Shown here in pieces: positions 18,378 to 26,803 of a stretch of DNA of 64,000 bases. The notes under the pieces are model-generated. The model saw nothing but the letters and a program-made list of their open reading frames with translations. It did no database searches and was not told the DNA's origin. The stretch spans positions 70,146-134,145 of the forward strand of contig JAZKFB010000017.1 in the NCBI GenBank assembly GCA_040386695.1, in the 5' to 3' direction. This DNA comes from Verrucomicrobiota bacterium. GTDB lineage: Bacteria; Verrucomicrobiota; Verrucomicrobiia; Verrucomicrobiales; V1-33. The translations under genes and the position numbers were made by a program. Positions within the stretch are counted from its first letter, which is position 1. Each line of letters begins with the position of its first letter.

Positions 18378-19657
18378 GCGGCGTTTTGAGCTGGTTTTGG
18401 CGGGGCTGTCGGCGCGTTGATGTCGGCCATGTTGAGCTGGCGGACGTGCGCGTCACCGCCCTTGATCGGGTCGCGGTCCTCCATCTCGCGGACCTCATTG
18501 ATACTGAGCACGCCGTTCTGGAGCCAAGTGGACTGGGCCTGTGTCCGGGTGACGATGTCGCCGCGCAGCAGGCCGTCGAGCTTGTGCTTGAAATAGTAAA
18601 TGTCCTGCTCCTCCGGCGTCAGCAGCGCGCCGCCGAACGCCTCCTCCCATCGTTTGCACCACGGCAGAAACAGGTCCTGCACGGCCTGAATCTGCTGCTG
18701 CTCGATGTTGGAAAACGTGGCGTTGTCCAGGATTCCGACCTTATGCGGAGGGACGCCGAAGAACTGGCAAATCTGCTGATGTGTGCGCCGGGTAATCTGC
18801 TCGAACTGGCTGGCGTCGTTGTTGGCGCGCGCAAGCTCGATCTTGCCGCCACCCTCCAGCACCATCGTTTTATAAAAGTTCTCAACCCCCTCATAAGCCG
18901 CCTTGAGCTGCGTCTTCATGGCGTCGCGCTGCGGCTCCGTCAGATTCACTCCCGGGGCCGTGGTGTAGATCATTCCCGGCCGGGACCCGTTGGCGAAAAA
19001 TCGGCTGGCGTTCTCCTCCAGCGCCTGCGCCAGCCCGATGAGATTGGCGGCAAGAAACTGAGGGCCGATCCCCTTAATGCCGTCGCATGACATTCCGCGA
19101 AGGTGCAGGATGTGCTTAAAATCCATGGGCCTGCCGCCCAGATCACTGGTGACATAAAATTCCGGGAAGATGTTTCCCGGCCTCGTGGTCATGGTCACAT
19201 TGCGCGTGCGCAGCGGATAAATCTCGGCGGCGCGTCCGGAGCGGGCATAAACAAGCTGGGCGTAGGCGTTGCCGTGGAGCGCCTGATTGTAGGCCAGCGC
19301 GTAACGCACATCACTGGAGACCATGATGGGATTCGGGCGGCTCTTCATCAGCCGCCGGACCGGATGACCGACGGCGGCCTCCCGCGAGTTATTCGGCAGG
19401 GTGCGGTAAAGCTCCAGAGGCAGGGTGCTGACAATGGACGCGATGTAATGGACGCATGCAAAAACCGTGGAGACTCCCAGCGCCGTGATTTCCGTGACCC
19501 TGGATCCGAGCGGCGACACATTCAGGCCGATGGCCGAAAGAAAATCCGCGCCGGGATTCAGAAGATTCCCCTCATTCCTGATCGGCGCGAAGCGTGGACG
19601 GACCGCCGATGGTGTCGGCGGTCCGGCTTCGCGGAGCGTTGGAAGGGAGTGGGTCAT
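18374..19657 (-). CDS. portal protein, HK97 family
   Basis: VFACV..IA, HGNAY, ILHLR, FGVPPHKVG, FSNIEQQ, SINEVR. Confidence 0.95.
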   Translation of the reverse strand: MTHSLPTLREAGPPTPSAVRPRFAPIRNEGNLLNPGADFLSAIGLNVSPLGSRVTEITALGVSTVFACVHYIASIVSTLPLELYRTLPNNSREAAVGHPVRRLMKSRPNPIMVSSDVRYALAYNQALHGNAYAQLVYARSGRAAEIYPLRTRNVTMTTRPGNIFPEFYVTSDLGGRPMDFKHILHLRGMSCDGIKGIGPQFLAANLIGLAQALEENASRFFANGSRPGMIYTTAPGVNLTEPQRDAMKTQLKAAYEGVENFYKTMVLEGGGKIELARANNDASQFEQITRRTHQQICQFFGVPPHKVGILDNATFSNIEQQQIQAVQDLFLPWCKRWEEAFGGALLTPEEQDIYYFKHKLDGLLRGDIVTRTQAQSTWLQNGVLSINEVREMEDRDPIKGGDAHVRQLNMADINAPTAPPKPAQNAA

Positions 19658-19661
19658 CCGG

Positions 19662-20150
19662 TTATTTCAGCTTTTCGCGGAGGTCGTTGTTCCGGTTGAG
19701 CCAGCCTTTGAGGAATTTGGAAAACTGGGCCGTGTCCCCGAGATTGCGGTAATGCCCTTCCCGTGAATCAAGAATGCGGGCGGCTGCGCCGGCGTCATTG
19801 GAGGTCATGGCGGCGGCAATGGTTTTCGGACCGATGACGCCATCCTGAGAAGCGCACACGGCCTCCTGCAGCCATCTGGCGGCACGGGACTTCCCGCAGT
19901 TGACGCCGCAGTCCATCACAGCCCACGCGGTGCGCGGGGGCAGCTTGTCGGCGGAAACCGGCAGCCAGTAATCAGACCGGTAAATGGCTTTGGCCTGAGC
20001 CTTGGTCAGGGTGCGGATATTGACGTCCGGGTGACTCCGCCGATCGATACCATATTTGGTCGCGCCGCCGGGGTCGCCGGAGACGTCTTCAAAAACCGAT
20101 CCCTCCCACGGAACCAGCCAATTGAAGTAATTGTCGAAAGTGAGGTCCAT
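19662..20150 (-). CDS. endolysin, glycosyl hydrolase family 108
   Basis: EG...DPGGATKYGI, DGVIGPKT, FLKGWLNR. Confidence 0.9.
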   Translation of the reverse strand: MDLTFDNYFNWLVPWEGSVFEDVSGDPGGATKYGIDRRSHPDVNIRTLTKAQAKAIYRSDYWLPVSADKLPPRTAWAVMDCGVNCGKSRAARWLQEAVCASQDGVIGPKTIAAAMTSNDAGAAARILDSREGHYRNLGDTAQFSKFLKGWLNRNNDLREKLK

Positions 20151-20153
20151 GGG

Positions 20154-20420
20154 TCAGCTTCCGCCCTCCGGCTTGACAGTGAAGGTGCGGGGACGCGGGG
20201 GACGCAGAGGACAGTTTCTCGCCGGGCATTCGCCCATGCGGTCCTCAAGCCGCTCGATTTTCACCAGCAGCGTCCGGCGGTCCTCCTCGCACTTTCCGGC
20301 CGCCTCGCTCATGCCGTCATAGAGTTTCGCCTGCCGGGTATAGAGGATTCTGATGGCTCCGATCAGGGCGGCCACGATACTCCCCATGAGGCTCAGCGTG
20401 GCGTTGTCTGTTAAGGTCAC
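20154..20420 (-). CDS. holin-like single-TM coiled-coil protein (start uncertain)
   Basis: LSLMGSIVAALIGAIRILY TM segment; directly upstream of the endolysin. Confidence 0.5.
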   Translation of the reverse strand: MTLTDNATLSLMGSIVAALIGAIRILYTRQAKLYDGMSEAAGKCEEDRRTLLVKIERLEDRMGECPARNCPLRPPRPRTFTVKPEGGS

Positions 20421-20474
20421 GCGGCCCTTAAACCCGCAAAACTCCGCAGGCTCAACGTCCGACGCATCCAATTA

Positions 20475-20537
20475 CGCAGAAAACAGAAAGAACGGAAAGA
20501 ACGGAAAGGATTGAAAAGACGGAAAGAATAGAAAGCC
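20475..20537. repeat. 9-bp-period purine array (consensus CGGAAAGAA) between divergent operons
   Basis: cagaaagaa cggaaagaa cggaaagga ttgaaaaga cggaaagaa tagaaagcc. Confidence 0.7.
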
Positions 20538-20572
20538 ACTTGCCCTGAAAACAGACCTGGTGTCTGTCCCTC

Positions 20573-20737
20573 ATGCCCAGAAGACTCAGCACCAGTCAGG
20601 CTGCAAAAGAGCTTGGAATAACCAAGCAGCGGGTTGGCCAGTTATGTGTCGCCGGGAAGCTTCCCGCGCAGCGGGTTGGCGAGCGCGGATGGTGGCAGGT
20701 CAATCTTCCCGCGAAACAGAAACAGGAGGCCCCATGA
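20573..20737 (+). CDS. 54-aa excisionase/MerR-type HTH protein (below ORF-track cutoff)
   Basis: Hand translation MPRRLSTSQAAKELGITKQRVGQLCVAGKLPAQRVGERGWWQVNLPAKQKQEAP; stop overlaps next ATG (ATGA). Confidence 0.8.
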   Translation: MPRRLSTSQAAKELGITKQRVGQLCVAGKLPAQRVGERGWWQVNLPAKQKQEAP

Positions 20738-20895
20738 AAATTCTGAACCTCATCCTCGACGGATTCCTGAACCTTCTGGCCTGCGCCTGCGTGCTCTGCG
20801 CCCTGCCGCCGGCCGCCGCCGCGACCTCCTTTTTCCTGCTCGGCCGTTTCACCCAGGACCTGATCAAATCCAGCCATGCCCGCGAAAACTCATGA
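20734..20895 (+). CDS. small hydrophobic protein
   Basis: MKILNLILDGFLNLLACACVLCAL...; AGGAGG upstream; coupled to HTH gene and overlapping terS. Confidence 0.6.
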   Translation: MKILNLILDGFLNLLACACVLCALPPAAAATSFFLLGRFTQDLIKSSHARENS

Positions 20896-21349
20896 TTCAA
20901 AGGGGCGCGTCCGCCGCGTCACCCAGGGCGGCGCCGGGCCGAAAAAGCTTCCCAGCAAAGACGCTCCGAAAGCGGGAACCTTCATCGCCGATGCTCCTGA
21001 AACCCTTGGCGAGCACGGCAGGGCATTCTGGAAGGAAGCCGTCTCCCATCTCCTTGCCATGGGGTTTATTGATGCCGCCGACAGAATTTTCCTCATCCAC
21101 ACGGCGGAGGCCTTCGAACTTTACAAAAGCTGCCAGGCTCAAATTCAGCTCGACGGCAAGGTGATGATGGATTTCCACGGAAACAGCAAGGCCCACCCGC
21201 TCATGACCACCATGATAAAGGCCGGGAAGGATTGCTTTTCGTATTTGTCCAGTCTTGGCCTGACGCCCTCCGCCCGCGCCAAATTCGGGAGCACGGAAAA
21301 AGAGGACGACCCGTTCCAGGACCTCGTCAACGACAGCAAGCGGAACTGA
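20876..21349 (+). CDS. terminase small subunit, P27 family
   Basis: APETL...W...HPL...LGLTPSARAK. Confidence 0.88.
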   Translation: MPAKTHDSKGRVRRVTQGGAGPKKLPSKDAPKAGTFIADAPETLGEHGRAFWKEAVSHLLAMGFIDAADRIFLIHTAEAFELYKSCQAQIQLDGKVMMDFHGNSKAHPLMTTMIKAGKDCFSYLSSLGLTPSARAKFGSTEKEDDPFQDLVNDSKRN

Positions 21350-21351
21350 TC

Positions 21352-21693
21352 ATGGCCACCCGTCCGCCCAAACATTCCCTGCCGCGCATCGCCGCCCGGT
21401 CGCACTCCCGCGAGGTTTACGACCGGCAGACACGCCGGATGACCTTCGGGCTCAAAACAGCGGCTGACGTCCGGAATTCGTCATTCTGGAAAAAGGTCCG
21501 CCTGACATTTCTGTCCCGCAATCCCATCTGCGAAAACCCCCACGGCTGGCACGGCGAATACCCTCCGGTCGCCCGCGAGGTTCACCACCGGCAGAGCATC
21601 CAGTCCGCGCCGCATCTGGCCTACGTCCATTCAAACCTGATGGCGCTGTGTTCGCGGTGCCACGCGAAATTCAGCATGGAGGAAAGAGGGTGA
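21352..21693 (+). CDS. HNH endonuclease (packaging cofactor, HK97 gp74-like)
   Basis: WKKVR..FL.RNPIC...VHH...NLMALCSRCH; start re-called at ATG 21352. Confidence 0.88.
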   Translation: MATRPPKHSLPRIAARSHSREVYDRQTRRMTFGLKTAADVRNSSFWKKVRLTFLSRNPICENPHGWHGEYPPVAREVHHRQSIQSAPHLAYVHSNLMALCSRCHAKFSMEERG

Positions 21694-21696
21694 TTC

Positions 21697-23409
21697 ATGC
21701 CCGCGAAACGATCCGCAGCACCGGCAGACGATCCGGCCACCGCCTACGCCCGCGCTGTCATTGCGGGCACCGCCGCCGCCGGGAAGCTTGTGCGGCAGGC
21801 CTGCGAACGGCATCTGCGGGATCTGGAGCGGCAGGGCACGGCGGAGTTTCCCTTCGTGTGGGAGCCGGCGCGCGGTGACATCTTCGCCCGGTTCTGCCTG
21901 CTGCTGCGGCACTACAAGGGACGGTTCAAAAATCAGCCGTTCGAGCTGGCTCCGTTTCAGCAGTTCATTTCCGGCAACGTTTTCGGCTGGGTGCACAAGG
22001 ACACCAAACTGCGCCGGTTCCGGACGGCCGTGATCCGGGTTCCGCGCAAAAACGGAAAGACGGCGTTCGCGGCCGCGCTGGCGCTCTACCTCCTTTCCAT
22101 GGACGGCGAGTCCGGGGCGGAGGTCTATTTCGCGGCCACCCGGCGGGATCAGGCGCGCCTCGGCTGGTCGGACGCCACCAAGTTTCTCAAATACTCCCCG
22201 AAGATCGTCCGCGCCCGCTTCGTGGAGAAACAGAACCTGCTGGAGTTTCCGAGCACGGACGGAAAGCTGGTGCCGCTCTCCGGGGATTCGGAGACTCAGG
22301 ACGGCCTGAATCCCCACGCGGCCCTCTGCGATGAAACGCACCAGTGGCCGGACCGCTCGCTCTGGGACGCGCTGGAGGACGGCATGGGCGCGCGGGAGCA
22401 GCCGCTGATGGTGGACATCTCCACGGCCGGCACGAACACGGCCAGCTTCGCCTACGAGACCCACAAGCGGGGCGAGGACGTCCTTTCGGGCACCCTGGAG
22501 GACGATTCCTTTTTCTGTTATATCGCGATGGCGGACAAGGAGGATGAGGGGAATTTCAAGGATCCGGCCGTGTGGGAAAAGGCGAACCCGGGCCTCGGCG
22601 CCATCAAAAGCTACGACTACATGCGCCAGCAGCTCAAGGTGGTGGAGGCCACTCCGTCAAAGCTGACAACATTTCTCACTAAACAGCTCAACGTCTGGAC
22701 AAACTCCGCCGAGCGCTGGCTGGATCCGGATGACTGGAAGCGCGGGAACATGGCGGACCTGATGGAAAAACTGAAGGGCCGGAAGTGCCACGGCGCGCTG
22801 GACCTCGGAAAAGTGAACGACCTTTCCGCCTTCACGCTGACGTTTCCACCGGAGGAGGTGTTCGCGGTGCTGGGCGTCAAAAAGCACGCGCTGCTGGCGT
22901 GGCACTTCTGCCCGGCCGACGACATCCCCAGACGGAGCAAGGAGCACCGCGTTCCGTATGACGCCTGGCAGCGCGCCGGCCTCATCGAGATGATGCCCGG
23001 GAACACGACGGATTTCGGATTCATCCGCCACCGCATCACGGAAATCTGCCCGGGGTATCAGGTGCAGGACGTGGCCTTTGACCGCATGTTCGCGGGCGAG
23101 ACGGTGCAGGGTTTGCAGGAGGCGGGAATCACCATGGTGGAGTTTGGACAGGGCTTTGTCTCCATGGCCGGGCCGACGTCGGAGTTTGAGCGGCTGGTGA
23201 AAGCTGGGAACCTGCTGCACGCGGACTCTCCGCTGCTGGCGTGGGAGGCTGGGAATGTGTGCTGCGAGCTGGACGCTGCCGGGAACATCAAGCCCAGCAA
23301 GAAAAAGAGCCGCGAGAAGATCGACGGCATCGTTTCCGGAATCATGTCCCTGGGGCGGTGCATGGCCCAGGAGAAGGCGGCCGTGGTGCCGACGGTGTGG
23401 GTGGCGTGA
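21697..23409 (+). CDS. terminase large subunit
   Basis: VPRKNGKT Walker A, DGLNP..ALCDE Walker B, C-terminal KIDG. Confidence 0.95.
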   Translation: MPAKRSAAPADDPATAYARAVIAGTAAAGKLVRQACERHLRDLERQGTAEFPFVWEPARGDIFARFCLLLRHYKGRFKNQPFELAPFQQFISGNVFGWVHKDTKLRRFRTAVIRVPRKNGKTAFAAALALYLLSMDGESGAEVYFAATRRDQARLGWSDATKFLKYSPKIVRARFVEKQNLLEFPSTDGKLVPLSGDSETQDGLNPHAALCDETHQWPDRSLWDALEDGMGAREQPLMVDISTAGTNTASFAYETHKRGEDVLSGTLEDDSFFCYIAMADKEDEGNFKDPAVWEKANPGLGAIKSYDYMRQQLKVVEATPSKLTTFLTKQLNVWTNSAERWLDPDDWKRGNMADLMEKLKGRKCHGALDLGKVNDLSAFTLTFPPEEVFAVLGVKKHALLAWHFCPADDIPRRSKEHRVPYDAWQRAGLIEMMPGNTTDFGFIRHRITEICPGYQVQDVAFDRMFAGETVQGLQEAGITMVEFGQGFVSMAGPTSEFERLVKAGNLLHADSPLLAWEAGNVCCELDAAGNIKPSKKKSREKIDGIVSGIMSLGRCMAQEKAAVVPTVWVA

Positions 23410-23487
23410 GAAGAGCCGCCCGACATTTCCGACGGACGGCCCGGAATTCTGAATCCTGATGCATAACATCAAGGCGGCAAGTGACTA

Positions 23488-23503
23488 CGGCACGGGTTTG
23501 GCA
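23488..23503 (+). promoter_or_regulatory. sigma54-like -24/-12 promoter
   Basis: cGGCACG-ggtt-TGGCA, correct GG-N10-GC spacing, ~120 bp upstream of the PEP-CTERM gene. Confidence 0.5.
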
Positions 23504-23623
23504 TCTAGGGAAATGCTCTATATTGTTTAAGCTTGTTTGTTCTATCCGCTTTGGATAAATCAGATTCGCGTCATATTGCGCCACTCCCGGCGTTGAAGCG
23601 CTTCATCCCTCACTCCCCCTCCT

Positions 23624-24316
23624 GTGAAAATCCCGCACTCCAAAACTCCTCTGATTCTTGTTTTTCTGCTGGCCGGCCTGCAGGCTGAGGCGGCCACCAT
23701 CGCGGACAATCCCTCCGGAAGTTTTATTGTCGGTCCGGCCGGAGACCGAATCCGCTACACCTTCTCAAACTTTCTTGTCCTGAACTCTTCAATAACCGGA
23801 ACAGGCATACTTTACGAAGCTGATGATGTGGTGGTGGCCTTTTCCTCCGGGCACTTTCAGGGAGGTGTGATGGGGGACTATTACTACACCACAGTGGAAT
23901 TTTCTGAATCTTCCGGCGTTGGCTTTAACGGTGGAACAGGCCGTGGTTCGTCATTCACTATATCCTACGATGTGGTGGTGGAGCGCGCTGAGGGCGCCGG
24001 GCCCGTCAGTCCGGGCCGTGCAAGTTACGTCGCCTCCGAATACCATACTCCACTTTCCGGAGTGGGCCTGACGCTGACCGCCTCGGATGGGTTTAATACA
24101 GTTGATATCAAAAAACCATATCCCGGAGCTAATCTCAGCAGCCTTGCACCCCAATTTACAGTGGTTGATCAAATAAAATTTCCCGATAGCCCGCCCCCAG
24201 GTAACGGACATTCTTACCTTTATGGCTTGCGATCTACTTTTATCGCTGTCCCCGAAATCCACTCCGCATCCCTTCTGCTGTCTTTGAGCGCTCTCGCCTG
24301 CCGCCGTCGGCGCTGA
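23624..24316 (+). CDS. PEP-CTERM-like sorting-signal surface protein (moron)
   Basis: Signal peptide ending AEA; C-terminus AVPEIHSASLLLSLSALACRRRR; lower GC than neighbours. Confidence 0.8.
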   Translation: MKIPHSKTPLILVFLLAGLQAEAATIADNPSGSFIVGPAGDRIRYTFSNFLVLNSSITGTGILYEADDVVVAFSSGHFQGGVMGDYYYTTVEFSESSGVGFNGGTGRGSSFTISYDVVVERAEGAGPVSPGRASYVASEYHTPLSGVGLTLTASDGFNTVDIKKPYPGANLSSLAPQFTVVDQIKFPDSPPPGNGHSYLYGLRSTFIAVPEIHSASLLLSLSALACRRRR

Positions 24317-24408
24317 GCCGGAGAAATTTAATTCAGAGGCCAAGCTGAAAAGCGCTCATTGTTTGAGGCCTCTGCTTCAAATCCGGCTTCCGCCGTCCCT
24401 CACTCCAG

Positions 24409-24439
24409 ACCCCTCGGCTTCACGGCTGAGGGGTTTTTT
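24409..24439 (+). terminator. intrinsic terminator
   Basis: ACCCCTCGGC-ttcacg-GCTGAGGGGT followed by a T-run. Confidence 0.75.
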
Positions 24440-24595
24440 GTGGGCGGCAAAAGTCTGGTGGCATCCTGCGCCCGGCAACGGCGCAGGAAAGGCGCTCCGG
24501 CCGCCCACTGCTCACCGCCTCTCCGTGTAAGTAAACTCCCACTGCGGCATGGTCAGCAGCCTGCCGCCGGTCATCGTGCATTTCCCCTGCCGGAA

Positions 24596-25192
24596 TCATA
24601 TCGGTCGCCGCGTCGCAAAATCCACCGTCGCACAGCAGACGTGCCGGTTGTCCCCGCGGATCATCCGCGACGAAATCCGCTCGTCCACCTCCCGCCACCG
24701 GTCCGGCGAATGATTGGTGGTGATGACGGTCCACCGCCCCAGCCGCGCCTGAAGCAGTCCGTGCAGCAGTCCCACCGTGCCCGCCGTCTGGTGCTCGGCT
24801 CCGATGTCGTCGATGATCAGGAGCGGCGCCTCTGCGGCTCTCTCCAGCCGGCCGGCGTAATCCTCGCGGCTCTGGAACCGGCGGCACAGTTTGACCCAGT
24901 CCAGCCAGTGGGCCTTTCCCGGGCGCATGCCGTGCAGCTGCCGGGCCAGAAAGGTTTTGCCGGTGCCGGACGATCCCCAGAAGGTGAGCCAGTGCGGCGG
25001 CTGTCCGGAGCGCATGGCCCGCTCGAAGTCACCAGTAGCTTTTGCCATTTTCATCAGGATCGGGTCGCCCATACTTTGCCAGATCAGCGGCACTTCCGTT
25101 GACGGCGGTGGCGTTGAGGCTGGGGCGGTTCGGGTCGAGGGGGGCCGCATTGCGGCTGACAGGCGGGCGATTCGTTCGGCTATCGGTTCCAT
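24596..25192 (-). CDS. DnaC/IstB-like AAA+ helicase loader
   Basis: GSSGTGKT, LLIIDDIGAE, TVITTN, RISSR. Confidence 0.85.
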   Translation of the reverse strand: MEPIAERIARLSAAMRPPSTRTAPASTPPPSTEVPLIWQSMGDPILMKMAKATGDFERAMRSGQPPHWLTFWGSSGTGKTFLARQLHGMRPGKAHWLDWVKLCRRFQSREDYAGRLERAAEAPLLIIDDIGAEHQTAGTVGLLHGLLQARLGRWTVITTNHSPDRWREVDERISSRMIRGDNRHVCCATVDFATRRPI

Positions 25193-25799
25193 TCTTCGGG
25201 GTGTTGACGGTTTTCAGGAAATCCTCGGAGCGCTCCACCTCGGCCTGCCAGTTGTTGAGCAGGGTGAGGGTGTCCCGGCGGTAAAACTCCCACCCGGCGG
25301 CCCGCGCTTTGCCGAAAAGCTCCAGATCGGCGAGGAGCTGGGCCTCGGTGGCGCGCAGACGGCGGGCGGCGGCGGTTTCCTTCGGGCTCCAGGCGGTGGT
25401 GGCGCGGCGGTTGAAATGCTTTTGCAGGGCGGCGGCCACCGGTGGCGAAAGCGGGAAGCGGGAGGGTTTGGATTCCTTTCCGTCCGGAGGTTCCGAATCC
25501 GGAAATTCCGGAGCCTCGCACACGCGTGTATGTTCCCCGGGTGTGGGGGTGGGGATAGGGGGTGTGGGGGAAAGGGGCGGGGGAGAGGGTGGCGTTACTT
25601 TTTTGGTAACGCCGGTAACGCTTTCCCCGTCGGGCGTTACTTTTCCGGTAACGCCGGTAACGTTTTTCCGGCGGTCGCGGTAAGCCTGCTGCTTTTCCGC
25701 CGCCGTCATCGGGCGCTTGCCGGTGCCTATGGCCGCCGTGACCGCCTGAGCGATGATCTGCGCCAGTTCGGCGTGGGTGAGGGTGATGGTGTCGCTCAT
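25029..25799 (-). CDS. phage replication initiator
   Basis: MTAAEKQQAYRDRRK, internal iterons, Pro-rich linker; upstream of DnaC-like gene. Confidence 0.65.
   Translation of the reverse strand: MSDTITLTHAELAQIIAQAVTAAIGTGKRPMTAAEKQQAYRDRRKNVTGVTGKVTPDGESVTGVTKKVTPPSPPPLSPTPPIPTPTPGEHTRVCEAPEFPDSEPPDGKESKPSRFPLSPPVAAALQKHFNRRATTAWSPKETAAARRLRATEAQLLADLELFGKARAAGWEFYRRDTLTLLNNWQAEVERSEDFLKTVNTPKNGTDSRTNRPPVSRNAAPLDPNRPSLNATAVNGSAADLAKYGRPDPDENGKSYW
25591..25662. repeat. origin iterons: two 30-bp direct repeats
   Basis: GGCGTTACTTTT(TT/CC)GGTAACGCCGGTAACG at 25591 and 25633; six GTAACG/CGTTAC hexamers. Confidence 0.7.
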
Positions 25800-26803
25800 C
25801 AGAGTGCAAGTCCGGGGGTGATGCTGGTGCGGCGGCGGATAAGTTCCGCGTATTTCGGATTCAGCTCGATGAGCACCGCGCGGCGTCCCAGCTCGATCGC
25901 GACTTCGCCGGTCGTGCCGCTGCCGCCGAATGGATCAAGGACCACATCCCCCGGCCGCGAGCCCGCGAGAATGCACGGCTTGATAAGGTCCGGCGGGTAG
26001 GTGGCGAAATGCGCCTCCTTGTAGGGCGCGGACGGCACAGTCCACACGCTGCGCTTGTTGCGGGAATCGACCCGGAGACAGGTCCCGGCCGCGAAGCTGG
26101 GATTATTCTTCGATCCTCCCGACTCCGCGCCGGTCTTCCCTTTTTTGAAAACAGCCTTCATGCGGCCGTTTGTTTTCGCTCCACCATTCGCCCGCTCGCT
26201 TCCGAGCTGGGCCTCCAGATTTTGAGAAATCCGGGAATGGGTGTTCGGTGAGCACGGTTCCGCGATCGAGCTTTGATCGAAATAATAATTCGGGGATTTC
26301 GTCAGCAGGAAAATATACTCGTGGGCCTTCGCGCACCGGTCGGTGACGCTTTCCGGCATCGGATTCGGTTTTGACCAGATGATGTCCTGCCGCAGCCACC
26401 AGCCGTCCGCCTGCAGGGCGAGGGCGACCCGCCACGGCATTCCCATGAGCTGCTTTGCCGCGAGGCCTCCGGGAATCAGGCTTCCCTTTGTCCGCGCCGT
26501 GAATGTGCGTGATGCCCGCTGGCCGGTTTGCCCCTGGAATCCGCCGGCCGCTCCCGCGTAGGAATCACCCAGATTCATCCAGCATGTGCCATCCGGCCGG
26601 AGAACGCGCCGGACTTCCCGGAAAACGTCCACCATGATTTCAACAAAGGCCTCCGGGGATTCCTCCTGCCCGATCTGTCCGGAGACACCGTAATCCCGGA
26701 GCCCGAAATAAGGCGGACTGGTGACGCAGCATTGCACGGAGGATTCCGGCATGGACCGCATGACTTCGCGGCAGTCGCCGACGTGGAGAGTGAAGGCGCT
26801 CAT
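25799..26803 (-). CDS. N4-cytosine/N6-adenine DNA methyltransferase (beta class)
   Basis: TSPPY first, then HFATYP and DPFGGSGTT; start re-called at ATG overlapping the upstream TGA. Confidence 0.92.
   Translation of the reverse strand: MSAFTLHVGDCREVMRSMPESSVQCCVTSPPYFGLRDYGVSGQIGQEESPEAFVEIMVDVFREVRRVLRPDGTCWMNLGDSYAGAAGGFQGQTGQRASRTFTARTKGSLIPGGLAAKQLMGMPWRVALALQADGWWLRQDIIWSKPNPMPESVTDRCAKAHEYIFLLTKSPNYYFDQSSIAEPCSPNTHSRISQNLEAQLGSERANGGAKTNGRMKAVFKKGKTGAESGGSKNNPSFAAGTCLRVDSRNKRSVWTVPSAPYKEAHFATYPPDLIKPCILAGSRPGDVVLDPFGGSGTTGEVAIELGRRAVLIELNPKYAELIRRRTSITPGLAL

Noticed and set aside
20626-20713. Direct repeats GCAGCGGGTTGGC and CTTCCCGCG
   Set aside because: They fall in the small HTH gene and encode repeated QRVG and LPA; only two copies, not CRISPR-like.
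25180-25809. Same-strand alternative-frame ORF over the replication initiator
   Set aside because: Arg/Pro-rich shifted-frame composition and no motifs, unlike the methyltransferase overlap.
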